DNA of 64,000 bases from Candidatus Marinacidobacterium sp. (GCA_965202845.1 OZ241856.1:1247993-1311992), one strand, 5' to 3'; counted from the first letter of the stretch, positions 9,503 to 20,600 are shown. Notes: a model not told the origin generated them from the sequence alone. A program made the numbers and translations.

Positions 9503-10870
9503 GTGAGCCGAACCGCGCCGCCGCTCGAGCGGCGGATGGGGCTTCTGGGCGCCACCGCCACCAACATCATCGGAATGGTGGGGATTGGCCCCTTCCTGAC
9601 CATCCCGCTGATGGTGGCCGCGATGGGCGGCCCCCACATCATCTGGGCGTGGCTTCTCGGCGCAATCCTGTCGCTCGCCGACGGCCTGGTGTACGCCCAG
9701 CTCGGCGCCGCGCTCCCCGGGAGCGGGGGCCCCTACCTGTATCTGCGAGAGGCCTTCCGCCCCTTCGGCCTGGGCCGGCTCATGGCCTTCCTCTTCCTGT
9801 TCCACATCCTGCTGGTGGCGCCGCTTTCGCTCGCCGGCGGCGCGGTCGGATTCGCCGACTACCTGGGCTACTACCTTCCGGACATGGGCCGGCTGCAGCA
9901 CGACCTCGCCGCCGCCTCGGTATGCCTGCTGGTCGGCTTCCTCCTCTACCGCAGCATCGACTCGGTGGAGCGACTCACCAAGGCGATGCTGGCGCTGGTG
10001 CTCGCCACCACCGGCTGGGTGATCCTCGCCGGCCTGCTGCACGGCGCCGGCTTCCCCGAATTCACCCCGCCGAACGGCGCCTGGGACGTCGGTTTCTGGC
10101 CCACTCTCGGCGCCGCCGCGGTGATCGCCATGTACAGCTTCGGAGGCTACAACCAGGTCTGCAACATCGCCGGCGAGGTGCGCGATCCGGCGCGCGTCAT
10201 CCCGCGTTCGATCCTGCTTTCGATCGCGGTGGTCGCGGCGATCTACATCGCCATGACGACCGTGATGCTGAGCGCGATCCCCTGGGAGGAGGCCGGCCGC
10301 AGCACGACCCTCGCCTCCACCTTCATCGCGCGCACCGTTTCGGACCCCGGACGGGCCGCCCTCGCCGGATCCATGATCACCGCCCTCATCCTGGTGGTGG
10401 CGGTCGCGTCGGTGTTCGCCTTCGCGCTCGGCTACTCGCGGATGCCGTGGGCGGCGGCCCGCGACGGGCAGTTCTTCGCGGTCTTCGGAAGGCTCCACCC
10501 CACCCGGGGGTTCCCGCACGTCTCGCTGATCTGCCTGATCGCCGCCTCGATCCCCTTCTGCTTCTTCACCCTGGGCCAGCTCGTGAACTGGCTGATGCAG
10601 GTCCAGATCCTGCTGCGGTTCGCCTGGCAGTGCGTCGCGGTGATGCTGCTGGCCCGCTACCGCCAGGACATCGACCAGCCGTTCCGGATGTGGCTGTATC
10701 CGCTGCCGGCGCTGGTCTCGCTCGGCCTGTGGATCGCGCTCTTCTTGACCGGGCCGCGGAGCGGAGTCCTGTTCTCGTTCGGGTTCCTTGCGCTCGGATG
10801 CCTGGCGTACCTCGCATTCCGCCGCAGCCGCACGGAGCCCGCCTCCGGAGGAACCCCACATGGACCTTGA
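9503..10870 (+). CDS. APC-superfamily amino acid permease
   Basis: 12-TM transporter; GTG start directly after the previous stop; alternative ATG at 9536. Confidence 0.75.
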   Translation: MSRTAPPLERRMGLLGATATNIIGMVGIGPFLTIPLMVAAMGGPHIIWAWLLGAILSLADGLVYAQLGAALPGSGGPYLYLREAFRPFGLGRLMAFLFLFHILLVAPLSLAGGAVGFADYLGYYLPDMGRLQHDLAAASVCLLVGFLLYRSIDSVERLTKAMLALVLATTGWVILAGLLHGAGFPEFTPPNGAWDVGFWPTLGAAAVIAMYSFGGYNQVCNIAGEVRDPARVIPRSILLSIAVVAAIYIAMTTVMLSAIPWEEAGRSTTLASTFIARTVSDPGRAALAGSMITALILVVAVASVFAFALGYSRMPWAAARDGQFFAVFGRLHPTRGFPHVSLICLIAASIPFCFFTLGQLVNWLMQVQILLRFAWQCVAVMLLARYRQDIDQPFRMWLYPLPALVSLGLWIALFLTGPRSGVLFSFGFLALGCLAYLAFRRSRTEPASGGTPHGP

Positions 10871-11963
10871 AGCCTTGCGCCGGGAGCTCGCGGAAGTGGA
10901 CCGGCAGATCCTTGATTGCTGGGCCCGGCGCGACGCCATCACCGCCTCCATCGGTCGGACGAAGCAGGCGGCGGGGCTGCCGATTCACAACCCGGACCAG
11001 GAGCGGGAGGTGCTGGAGCGCGCCCGCAAGCACGCCCGCAAGCGGGGCCTCTCCCCGGACATCGCGGCGGACATCCTCCGCCTGCTCATGCGGTCGTCGC
11101 TGGGACGCCAGGAGACCCTCCGGGTGCGAAGCGCCTGGCTGGGGGACGATCGCCCGGCGCTGGTGATCGGCGGCGGCGGACGCATGGGGCGCTGGTTCTG
11201 CCGCTTTCTCGCCGCCCAGGGCTACCGGGTCACCGTCGCCGACCCGGCGGCGAGCCTTCCGGGAATCCCTCGGGTGGACGACTGGCGGAACACCCGCGAC
11301 GAGTTCGCCCTGACCGTGGTGGCGGCCCCGCTCCGGGCGAGCGGCCCGATCCTCGAGGAGATCGCCGCCTCCGGGCGGAAGGGGCTGGTCTTTGACATCG
11401 GATCGGTGAAGAAGCCGCTGGAGCGGGGGCACGAAGCGCTGCGAAAAAGTGCCTGCCGCGCCGCGTCGGTCCACCCGATGTTCGGCCCGGACGCCCACGT
11501 TCTCCACGGCTGCCACGTGCTGGTGATGGACCTGGACGACCCGGACGCCGCCGAGGAGGCCGCGCGGGTGTTCGGGGGGACGATGGCGGAGATCCTGCGT
11601 CTGCCGCTCGCCGACCACGACCCGCTGATCGCCTACGTCCTGGGACTCTCCCACGCCCTCAACCTCGCCTTCCTGCGGGCGCTCACCGAAAGCGGCGCCC
11701 AGGCGCCCACGCTCGCCCGCATATCGAGCGTCACCTTCAACCGCCAGATCGAGGTCGCCGCCGCTGTCGCCCGCGAAAACCCCCATCTCTACTACGAGAT
11801 CCAGAACGCCAACCCGCACGGCGACCGCGCCCTCGCCGGACTCCTGGAAGCGGTCGCCCAGGTGCGCGAGGCCGCCGGCGGCGACGAATCGGCCTTCGTC
11901 AAGCTCATGCGGGACGGACGGGAATACCTGGCCGCCCGTCCCTCCGGCGGCGCCCATCCTTGA
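10860..11963 (+). CDS. tyrA: bifunctional chorismate mutase / prephenate dehydrogenase (T-protein)
   Basis: N-terminal AroQ chorismate mutase helix (MDLEALRRELAEVDRQIL) followed by an NAD-binding prephenate dehydrogenase domain (VIGGGGRMGRWF). Confidence 0.8.
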   Translation: MDLEALRRELAEVDRQILDCWARRDAITASIGRTKQAAGLPIHNPDQEREVLERARKHARKRGLSPDIAADILRLLMRSSLGRQETLRVRSAWLGDDRPALVIGGGGRMGRWFCRFLAAQGYRVTVADPAASLPGIPRVDDWRNTRDEFALTVVAAPLRASGPILEEIAASGRKGLVFDIGSVKKPLERGHEALRKSACRAASVHPMFGPDAHVLHGCHVLVMDLDDPDAAEEAARVFGGTMAEILRLPLADHDPLIAYVLGLSHALNLAFLRALTESGAQAPTLARISSVTFNRQIEVAAAVARENPHLYYEIQNANPHGDRALAGLLEAVAQVREAAGGDESAFVKLMRDGREYLAARPSGGAHP

Positions 11964-12118
11964 TCCCCGAACCGCGGTCAGGGTTCCAACAGGGTCTCCA
12001 CCGCACGCCAGAGCAGAGCATGCGATGGAGGCAGTGCGTGAACACCCGATCCCGGCGGACGGTAGTTCGGTCAGGAATGGCATCCTGCCGGATGGACTGC
12101 ACCCCGAAGCATGCAGGG

Positions 12119-13810
12119 ATGGAGCATCATTCCCGCGTGGAGAACCAGGGAAAACCGACGGTCAGCGGCCTCCTGCTGGCGGGCGTCGTTTTTCTGGCGT
12201 CCGCGACCGCCGCCGCGACGGCGCAGCCGGAGTTCGTCGAGATCACCAAGGAGGCGGGCATCGCGTTCGTCCACGAGAACGGCGCGTTCGGCGAAAAGTA
12301 CCTGCCCGAGACGATGGGGAGCGGGGTCGCCTTCTTCGACATGGACGGAGATCGGGATCAGGACCTGCTCTTCGTGAACAGCCGCCGCTGGCCGGGACAT
12401 CGGGAAGGGCCGCCGTCGGTGGCCGGCCTCTACCGCAACCTCGGCGACGGACGCTTCGAGGACGCGACCGCAAGTTCCGGGCTGGACGAGCCGCTCTACG
12501 GCATCGGGGTCGCGATCGCCGACTACGACGCCGACGGGGACCAGGACATCTACCTCGCGGCGCTCGGCCCCAACCGCCTCCTCGCCAACCGGGGCGACGG
12601 GGTGTTCGCGCCGGCTCCGGAGGCCGATCAGGTGGCCCATCCCGGCTTCGCCGCCGCCGCCGTCTGGTTCGACCCGGACCAGGACGGCGACCTCGACCTG
12701 TTCGTCGTGAACTATGTGGAGTGGAGCATCGAGACCGACATCTTCTGCGCCCTGGACGGCGCCAACAAGAGCTACTGCACCCCGGAGTCCTACGACGGCG
12801 CGAGCGCGGTTCTCTACCGGAACGAGGGCGGGCGCTTCCATGACGCCACCGCCGAAGCCGGCCTTTTCAACCCGCGCGGCAAGGGGCTGGGCGTGGCGCT
12901 CCTCGACATCGAGGACGACGGCTGGCTGGATCTGGCGGTGGCGAACGACACCCAGCCCAACTACCTGTACCGGAATCTCGGCGACGGCCGGTTCGAGGAC
13001 GTGGGCGTGCTGGCCGGGATCGCCTTCGCCGAAAACGGCGCGGCCCGGGGAGCGATGGGGATCGACGCCTCGGACTACGACGGTGACGGCCTGCCCGATC
13101 TCGTGATCGGGAACTTCTCGAACGAAATGGTTTCGCTGTACCACAACGAGGGCGTCGGGTTCTTCATCGACCAGGCCCCGGTTTCCGAAATCGGGCGCAA
13201 CAGCCTGCTGACGCTGGCCTTCGGCGCGTTCTTCTTCGACTACGACCTCGACGGCCGGGAGGACATCTTTCTCGCCAACGGGCACGTGGAGACCGACATC
13301 GCCGAGGTCCAGCAGCGGGTGACCTGGCGCCAGCCGCCCCACCTGTTCCGGAACGACGGCGCCGGCGGATTCGAGGAGATGACGGCCGCCTCCCCCGACC
13401 TCGCCCGCCCGATGGTGGGGCGCGGCGCCGCCTTCGGCGACATCGACGGCGACGGGGATCCCGACCTGGCGGTGAACGAAAACGGCGGGCCGGCGCGGCT
13501 CTTCCGAAACGACGCCGGTGACGGAAAGCGCTTCGTGGAAGTGCGCCTGCGGGGGCGCGGCGCGAATCCGGACGCCATCGGCGCCAAAATCACTGTTAAC
13601 GTTGCGAACGGCGGGGCGACCCGCATCGAGAGCCGCATCGTGAAAAGCGCCACCGGATACGCCTCCCAGAACCAGCTCCCGGTGGTGGTCGGCCTGGGCG
13701 GGACCGGGCGGGCATCCCGGATCACCGTGCGCTGGCCGACGGGCGGGGAAAGCAGCATCGAGCCGCCGCCGGAGGGCGGACCGGTCGAGATCGAGGAGCC
13801 CGAAACATGA
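12119..13810 (+). CDS. CRTAC1/ASPIC-UnbV family protein (FG-GAP/VCBS repeats), secreted
   Basis: Signal peptide; repeated DxDGDxDL FG-GAP-like motifs; C-terminal UnbV_ASPIC-like segment (ITVRWPTGGESSIEP). Confidence 0.75.
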   Translation: MEHHSRVENQGKPTVSGLLLAGVVFLASATAAATAQPEFVEITKEAGIAFVHENGAFGEKYLPETMGSGVAFFDMDGDRDQDLLFVNSRRWPGHREGPPSVAGLYRNLGDGRFEDATASSGLDEPLYGIGVAIADYDADGDQDIYLAALGPNRLLANRGDGVFAPAPEADQVAHPGFAAAAVWFDPDQDGDLDLFVVNYVEWSIETDIFCALDGANKSYCTPESYDGASAVLYRNEGGRFHDATAEAGLFNPRGKGLGVALLDIEDDGWLDLAVANDTQPNYLYRNLGDGRFEDVGVLAGIAFAENGAARGAMGIDASDYDGDGLPDLVIGNFSNEMVSLYHNEGVGFFIDQAPVSEIGRNSLLTLAFGAFFFDYDLDGREDIFLANGHVETDIAEVQQRVTWRQPPHLFRNDGAGGFEEMTAASPDLARPMVGRGAAFGDIDGDGDPDLAVNENGGPARLFRNDAGDGKRFVEVRLRGRGANPDAIGAKITVNVANGGATRIESRIVKSATGYASQNQLPVVVGLGGTGRASRITVRWPTGGESSIEPPPEGGPVEIEEPET

Positions 13811-15774
13811 GAGGTCGGCTCCTCGCCGCGGCGTTCGGCATCCTCCCCGGGGCGGCCTTCGGAAGCCAGCCGCCGCTTTCCGAACAGCCGGTCGTGATGG
13901 TCGGAAACGAAGTCTGCCGGAGCTGTCACGAATCGGCGCACGCGGTGTGGTCGTCCTCCCGTCATTCGAAGATGGTCCAGCCGGCGGTTCCGGATGCGGT
14001 GCGCGGCGACTTCGAAGCCGGCGCCGTCACCCTGCGAAACCAGGAATACCGCTTCCGCCGCCAGGGGTCCCGCTTCTTCATCACCGAATCCTTCCTGACC
14101 GGCGCTCCCATGGAGCATCGGGTGGACTACACGCTGGGGAACCGGCGCATCCAGCACTACCTCGCCACGCTCGAGGACGGGCGGGTGGTGGTGCTGCCGC
14201 CGAGCTGGGACATCCTCCGGGAGGAGTGGTTCCACAACCTGGAGATCGCGGCGCCCGACCAGAAGGAGGAGGCGGGGACCGTTCCCGTCCAGCTCTGGAA
14301 CAAGAACTGTTTCGGCTGTCATGTGAGCGACCAGGTCAAGGGGTTCCGACCGGCGGAGGGCGCCTACGAGACCAGCTGGCTGGACTTCGGCACCACCTGC
14401 GAGCGCTGCCATGGCCTGGGCAGCCGCCACGTTGACCGCTACACCCACCTTGCCGCCTACGCCGACGATCCGCAGACCCATATCGTGGTCCAGACCCGGC
14501 TGGACCCGAAGCGGAACAGCATGGTCTGCGCCCAGTGCCATTCCTTCCGGGATCAGATGGCCTTCGGGTTTTCCGCCGGGGACGACTACTTCGACTTCTT
14601 CTTCCCCCTCCTCGAATACAGCGAGGAGACGTCCAGCGACCCCACCTGGTACGTGGACGGCAAGACGCGGCGGTTTTCGACCAACGCGCTCGGGGTCTGG
14701 CAGAGCGAGTGCTTCGTGGTCGGCGGCGCCACCTGCACCGGGTGTCACACCAGCGCGCACCGGCCCGAAATCGAGAACAGCCCGCAGCTTCGCCCGGAGA
14801 ACAACGCCCTGTGCGCCGGCTGCCACGAGGCGATCGCAGCCGACGCGTCCGCCCACTCCTTCCACCCGGAGGGAACCAGCGGAACTCGTTGCGTGGAGTG
14901 CCACATGCCGCGGTCGGTGACCAGCATCCGGGCGACCATGCGCGACCACAGCATTTCGGTCCCGTCTCCGGAGAACACGATGCGCCACGGGGTTCCCAAC
15001 GCCTGCAATCTCTGCCACACCACCGAGACGCCAGCCTGGGCGAAGGCCCGGATGGATGACTGGTGGGGCGACACCCCGCGTCGCCGGAAGGTCGCCCGCC
15101 GGGCGATGGCGTATTCGGGCGCCCGGGACCTCTCGCGGGAGGCGCTCGACGCGCTTCTCTCCATGTCCGCCGACGCGGCGGAGGGGCCGCTGAACCGCGC
15201 CAATTCGACCGGTCACCTGGCCCGCTACATCGGCGACGCCGAAACCCAGGAAGTCGCCGTGGGGGCGATTCTCCGCGCCGCCGAGGACGAGCATCCGCTA
15301 GTGCGGGCGGTCGCGGCGTTGAAGCTCGGCGAGGTGCGCCGGGCCGACGCCCCGGGCATCCGGGAGGTTCTGATTCGGCAGATCACCGACGAAACGCGGT
15401 CGGTGCGCATGAACGCCGCGATCTCGCTCCTGAATCTCGGCGTCCGGCGTCTTGACGGGGAGGCGGGCGAGGCGTTCGAGCAGGCGAAGCGTCGCCACGC
15501 GGTGCGCGGCGCCTTCTTCGCCGACGACGCCCCCCAGCAGCTCAACCTGGGACGGCTCCACGTCCTGGACGGCAACACGGTGGCAGCCGCGCGGGCGTTC
15601 GAGCAGAGCTACCGGCTCGACCCGTCCCAGCCCGGGATCCATTTCTTCATGGCGGTCACCCGGCTCTCCCAGAGCCGCGTCGAGGACGCGCTCCGACACC
15701 TGGAATCGGTGCCGCCGCAGGACCCCTTCGCCGCCGAAGCCGCCGACCTGCTGCGCCGCATCACCGGCGGATAA
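13807..15774 (+). CDS. multiheme c-type cytochrome (8 CxxCH) with C-terminal HEAT/TPR repeats
   Basis: ATGA overlap with the upstream gene; signal peptide; CxxCH motifs CRSCH, CFGCH, CERCH, CAQCH, CTGCH, CAGCH, CVECH, CNLCH; C-terminal HEAT-like (PLVRAVAALKLGEV) and TPR-like repeats. Confidence 0.8.
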   Translation: MRGRLLAAAFGILPGAAFGSQPPLSEQPVVMVGNEVCRSCHESAHAVWSSSRHSKMVQPAVPDAVRGDFEAGAVTLRNQEYRFRRQGSRFFITESFLTGAPMEHRVDYTLGNRRIQHYLATLEDGRVVVLPPSWDILREEWFHNLEIAAPDQKEEAGTVPVQLWNKNCFGCHVSDQVKGFRPAEGAYETSWLDFGTTCERCHGLGSRHVDRYTHLAAYADDPQTHIVVQTRLDPKRNSMVCAQCHSFRDQMAFGFSAGDDYFDFFFPLLEYSEETSSDPTWYVDGKTRRFSTNALGVWQSECFVVGGATCTGCHTSAHRPEIENSPQLRPENNALCAGCHEAIAADASAHSFHPEGTSGTRCVECHMPRSVTSIRATMRDHSISVPSPENTMRHGVPNACNLCHTTETPAWAKARMDDWWGDTPRRRKVARRAMAYSGARDLSREALDALLSMSADAAEGPLNRANSTGHLARYIGDAETQEVAVGAILRAAEDEHPLVRAVAALKLGEVRRADAPGIREVLIRQITDETRSVRMNAAISLLNLGVRRLDGEAGEAFEQAKRRHAVRGAFFADDAPQQLNLGRLHVLDGNTVAAARAFEQSYRLDPSQPGIHFFMAVTRLSQSRVEDALRHLESVPPQDPFAAEAADLLRRITGG

Positions 15775-15868
15775 CCGGACGCCAGCCAAGAACCAGCCCG
15801 CTGAGCAGCCTACTTACCCCGTGGAAATGCTGACCGTGGACGAGACCGCAAGCGAGCGCGTCGGCCCG

Positions 15869-16117
15869 ATGCGGAACCCGCCGCATCTGGGCGAACTGAT
15901 CCGCGAGAGCATGGACGACGTGGGCTGGAGCGTGACCGAAACGGTGGCTCGTCTCGGCTGCGAGCGGAGCGCCCTGTCGCGCCTGTTGAACAGCAAGTCG
16001 GGAGTGTCGGCGAACATGGCGCTGGCTCTCGAGCGTATCGGCTGGGGAACCGCCGATCACTGGATGCGGATGCAGGCGAGCTACGAGCTTGCACAGGCGC
16101 GACGTCAAGCCGGATAG
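15869..16117 (+). CDS. higA: HigA-family (XRE-type HTH) antitoxin-like protein, orphan
   Basis: MRNPPHLGELIRE... HTH typical of HigA/VapI antidotes; an alternative start at 15827 adds 14 aa; no toxin gene within 100 bp on either side. Confidence 0.6.
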   Translation: MRNPPHLGELIRESMDDVGWSVTETVARLGCERSALSRLLNSKSGVSANMALALERIGWGTADHWMRMQASYELAQARRQAG

Positions 16118-16120
16118 CGC

Positions 16121-17221
16121 ATGAGTGGCGTGTTCGCGATCCTTCTGCTGGCGCTTGCCGGACCTCCCGTCGTCAAGGGAGTCCCGCTGGAAGCGGTGGC
16201 GGAGACCACCGCCAACGCGAGCCTCGGAGATCTTGACGGCGACGGGGACCCGGACATCGTGCTCGCCAAGGGCCGCCACTGGCCGCTCCCGAACCTGATT
16301 CTCCGGAATGGCGGCGCAGGGAGATTCAACCATCGCTACCCGGTGGGGCTGCCGGCGGACCGCAGCTACACCGCGGCGCTCGCCGATCTGGACGGCGACG
16401 GCGACTTGGACCTGGTGGTGGGAAACGACCGCCCCGACGAGAAACGGGCGCTCTTCGGGGATGGGAACGGCGGATTCCTGCTGGCCGGAACCTGGGGCGA
16501 GCCTTCGTGGTCCACCCGCAACATCACGCTCGCCGATCTGGACGGCGATCAGCGCCCGGAAATCGTGGCCGCGAACCGGGGCGCGGATACCCCCAATTTC
16601 ATCTGCCGGAACGACGGAGCGGGGGCGTTCCCGACGTGCGAGGAACTCTCGCGCGCTTCGGCCACCACCATCGCCGCCGGCGATCTCACCGGCGACGGAG
16701 CGATCGACCTCTTCGTTCCCCACCGGGACGGCGGGCAGAGCCGGCTTTTCGTGAACGACGGGGACGGACGGTTCTCCCAATCGCTGGCGGTGGGTCCGGC
16801 TGTTTCCGCAACCCGCGCAATCGCGCTCGCCGACTGGAACGGCGACGGACGGCTGGACATCCTCGCCGGGGACCAACGGGAAACGTCAATGGACGGCGGA
16901 GTCTGGCTGCACTTGAATCGGGGCGGCGGCCGCTTCGAAACGCCCGTCCCGATGGGCCGACCGGAGGACAACGCCTATGCGCTGGCGACCGCGGACCTGG
17001 ACGGCGACGGGGACATCGACGCGGTGGTCGGCAACCGGCAGACGCCGGGCGCCATTCTGCTGAACGAGGGCGATGGAGAAATCGTCCGGATTCCCTTCGG
17101 CGACGGCGAGGGGGCGGTGTACGGGCTGGCGATCGGCGACGTGGACGCCGACGGGACGCCCGACATCGTGGCGGCCCGTTCGGGCGCCCCCAGCATGCTC
17201 TACCGCATCCGCTTTCGATAG
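16121..17221 (+). CDS. FG-GAP / VCBS repeat protein, secreted
   Basis: Signal peptide; seven repeats of LADLDGDGDxDxVxGN. Confidence 0.7.
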   Translation: MSGVFAILLLALAGPPVVKGVPLEAVAETTANASLGDLDGDGDPDIVLAKGRHWPLPNLILRNGGAGRFNHRYPVGLPADRSYTAALADLDGDGDLDLVVGNDRPDEKRALFGDGNGGFLLAGTWGEPSWSTRNITLADLDGDQRPEIVAANRGADTPNFICRNDGAGAFPTCEELSRASATTIAAGDLTGDGAIDLFVPHRDGGQSRLFVNDGDGRFSQSLAVGPAVSATRAIALADWNGDGRLDILAGDQRETSMDGGVWLHLNRGGGRFETPVPMGRPEDNAYALATADLDGDGDIDAVVGNRQTPGAILLNEGDGEIVRIPFGDGEGAVYGLAIGDVDADGTPDIVAARSGAPSMLYRIRFR

Positions 17222-17619
17222 CCGGAAGTCAGATACCGGACGGGGAGACCATCTGCTTTGCCAACTCGCAATTTGCTCGGGGCAGATTCGCGCTGTTTGA
17301 CCTTGAAGATGGCGATCAAGTCACGGCCGTATGCAACGCCCGCCACTTCGCACGCCTTGGCAATCCGGTTCTCCTGATTCCACCGGTTCCCCCACACATT
17401 GACCCACCAGCCTCCGGGCAGCTGGCGCGGAACCACACTGGAATTACGGAAATCCTCCTTGTTCTGCCTCAAGTGGCTGACGTAGGGCGCACACTTTTCG
17501 CAAAATTGCGGATCCCGGAGAGCCAGCTGTTCGAAGGCAGCGGCGGCCAAGTCCTGATTCGTTTCGAACGTATGGCGCTGCCCCTGAAAATCAAGAATGG
17601 CGATGTCGCTGGAAGCCAT
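17200..17619 (-). CDS. hypothetical cytoplasmic protein (lower-GC gene)
   Basis: 139-aa ORF in an AT-richer stretch (17220-17620); no signal peptide; no recognizable domain; overlaps the 3' end of the FG-GAP gene by 22 bp. Confidence 0.4.
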   Translation of the reverse strand: MASSDIAILDFQGQRHTFETNQDLAAAAFEQLALRDPQFCEKCAPYVSHLRQNKEDFRNSSVVPRQLPGGWWVNVWGNRWNQENRIAKACEVAGVAYGRDLIAIFKVKQRESAPSKLRVGKADGLPVRYLTSGYRKRMR

Positions 17620-17622
17620 GCC

Positions 17623-20600
17623 TCAATTTGAATCGGTGGCGGCGGTGGGCGCCACCACCGCCGGGACGCCGAGCGCCGCCACCCGCTCGTTGAACGGGGT
17701 CATGTGTTCGTTCAGCGCGCTTTCGATGGAGGCGTGGATGGCTTCGAGGTCCGGCTTCAGGTCGTCGAACCGCTCGTAGGCGCCAAGGGTCGGCTGGTCG
17801 TTGCCCTGGACGATGTAGCCGTAAAGAGTCACCAGCTGGTTGTCGATCTGCGGCGGGAAGTTGATCGGGTCCTGCGAGGACTTGCTCCTGGTCTGGGTGA
17901 TCGTCTCCTCGATTTCGGTGAGACGGTCGGTCAACGCCTTTCCGAGGGTCTCCAGCTCTTCATCGCCGCGTTCCGCCTTCTTCAGCCGCGCCACGATGTC
18001 ATTCGCCTGCGACCTCACATCGCGCACCCGGATGAGGGCGTCGAAGAGCCTGGTGACCTCGCCGGCCACCTGCTCCCCCAGGTCGTACTGCTTCCGCAGG
18101 TCCTCGGCATCGATCGAGAGATTCGGACGGATGCCCACTTCCAGCATCCGGGAATGGGTCTCCTCGCCGACGGTGAGCCGAACCTCGTAGGTTCCGGGAA
18201 CCACGCTGAGGCCGGGAGTGCCGCCCCAATGCACCACGCCGGCGGGACGTTCGATGCCCTCCTCCCGGAGATTCCAGCGGAAGGAGTTCAGACCGGCGGT
18301 CGCCGGGAGGCGGGCGCGGGCGCCGCCCCCGAAGAAGAACGCAAAGGGAGAGACCGGGCCGGTGGGGGCAGCGTCGCCCGGCTGGCCGGTCATCCGGCGT
18401 ACCGTATTGCCCTCCGAGTCCAGAATCTCCAGGGTGATTTCCTCCTCCGGCTCCTCCTTCAGGTGATAGCGGATGTCGGCGCCGGCCAGGAACCCGCCCC
18501 GGTGCGCCATCCGCGGCGCATACAACCACGAATCGGCGGCCATCACCTCGTCGGTGAGCTGGTGCAGCGGAGTCAGATCGTCCAGCACCCAGAAGGAGCG
18601 CCCCTGGGTGGAGATCACCAAATCCTGGCGATGCACCTGCATGTCGGTGATCGGACTCACCGGAAGGTTGTTCTGGAGACGCTGCCAGTGGGCGCCGTCA
18701 TCGAACGAGACATAGAGTCCGAATTCGGTTCCGGCGTACAGCAGCCCCCGTCGATCCGGATCCTCGCGGATCGCCCGGACCGGGTGCGTCGGCGGAATCC
18801 CGTTGGTTCCGTCGGTGAGCAAATCCCAATCCTCCCCGGAGTTGTTGGTCCGGAAGACATAGGGCCGGAAGTCGTTCTCCCGGTAGCGGTACACCGCGAT
18901 GAAAACCCGCGCCGGATCGTGCGCGGACATCTCGATCGCGTTGACCGTGCCGCCTTCGGGCATTCCCTCCGGGGTGATTTCGGTCCAGGATTCGCCCCGG
19001 TCACGCGAGATGTGCATCCGGCCGTCGTCGCTTCCGGCCCAGAGTTCGCGGGGCGTGTGGGGCGACTCCTCAAAGGAGAAGATAGTGTTGTAGACCTCGA
19101 CTCCGGTGCCGTCCTGGGTGATCGGCCCGCCGGCGTAATCCTGCTGTTCCGGGTTGTTGGTGGTCAGGTCGGGGCTGATGATCCGCCAACTCTGCCCCTC
19201 GTCCCCAGACATGTGCACCACCTGCGAGGCGTGGTAGAGGATGTCCGGATCGTGGGGCGAAAGCCGGATCGGCGCGTTCCACTGGAAGCGGTAGTCGAGA
19301 TCGCGCGCCGCCTGGCCGAGCTGGAGCTGCGGATAATGGAGAATCTGGCGTGATTCGCCGGTCTTCCGGTTGTAGCGGGTGATGGAGCCGCCGTAGCAGC
19401 CGGCGTAGGTGATGTCGGGATCGCGGGGATCCACCGCGATGTGGCCGCTCTCGCAGCCGCCGACCTGATACCAGTCGGGAACCACTCCGAAACCGGCTCG
19501 CGACGGCACCGAAATGGTGCTGTTGTCCTGCTGCGACCCGTAGATGCGATAGGGCCACTGATCGTCCACATACACCCGATACATCTCGGATGTCTCCTGC
19601 CCCATCAGGTCGGTCCAGCTCGCGCCGCCGTCGAAACTCACATTCGCGCCACCGTCGTTGGCGTTGACCATGTTCATCGGGTTGTCGGGATTGATCCAGA
19701 GGTCGTGGTTGTCACCGTGGGGCACCCGGATGCGCTCGGGGAAAGTGCGCCCGCCGTCGATGGACTTGTGGAAGCCCACGTTCAGTCCGTAGATGGTGTT
19801 CTCGTCGTGCGGATCGGCGTAGATGTGGATGTAGTACCAGGGGCGCTGGCGCAGGTTGGCGTCCCCGTTGATGCGGGTGAAGGAGTCGCCGCCGTCATCC
19901 GACCGATAGAGGCCGCCCCGCTCGCCCTCGGCCTCCGCCAGAACCCAGATGCGGTCCGAGTTGGCCGGCGAAATCGCGATCGCGGTCTTCCCGACCATGC
20001 CGGTGGGCAGTCCGTTCTCGACCTTCTCCCAGGTATCGCCGCCGTCCCGGCTGCGGTACACCCCGCCGTCCTCGCTCCCGGAGATCATCGTCCACGGCTT
20101 CCGCTCGGCGCGCCAGGCGCCCGCGTAGAGGATCCGCGGATTGTTGGGATCCATCTGGATGTCCACGAAACCGGTGCGGTCGGAAAGGTGGAACACCTGC
20201 TCCCAGGTTCCGCCGCCGTCCTTCGTCCGGTAAATCCCGCGCTCCTCGTTGGGGCCGAAGATGTGCCCGAGCGCCGCCGCGTAGGCGAGGTCGGGATCAT
20301 CCGGATGCACCGCGATCGCGCCGATTTGCCCGGCGTGCCGGAGTCCGACATGGGTCCAGGTCTTGCCGGCGTCCTGGGAGCGATACATCCCGTCCCCGAC
20401 CGAAATGTTCCCCCGGGGACACGCCGAGCCGGTGCCGACGTAGATGACGTTGACGTCCGAACGCGCCACCTCGATGGCGCCCACCGAACCCACGCCGAAG
20501 AACCCGTCGCTCACGTTGGTCCAGCTGTGGCCGGCGTCCGTGGTCTTGAACACCCCGCCGCCGGTGCCCCCGAAGTAGTACGTGAGCGGATCGCCCGGAA

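Noticed and set aside
6590-10951. 1453-aa minus-strand ORF, plus a 1459-aa plus-strand ORF at 6787..11166
   Set aside because: Both are R/G/D/E/H/P-rich translations antisense to, or out of frame with, well-supported genes (GH4-DUF3179, permease, tyrA). Stop-codon-poor alternative frames of this kind are typical of about 70% GC DNA and are not genes.
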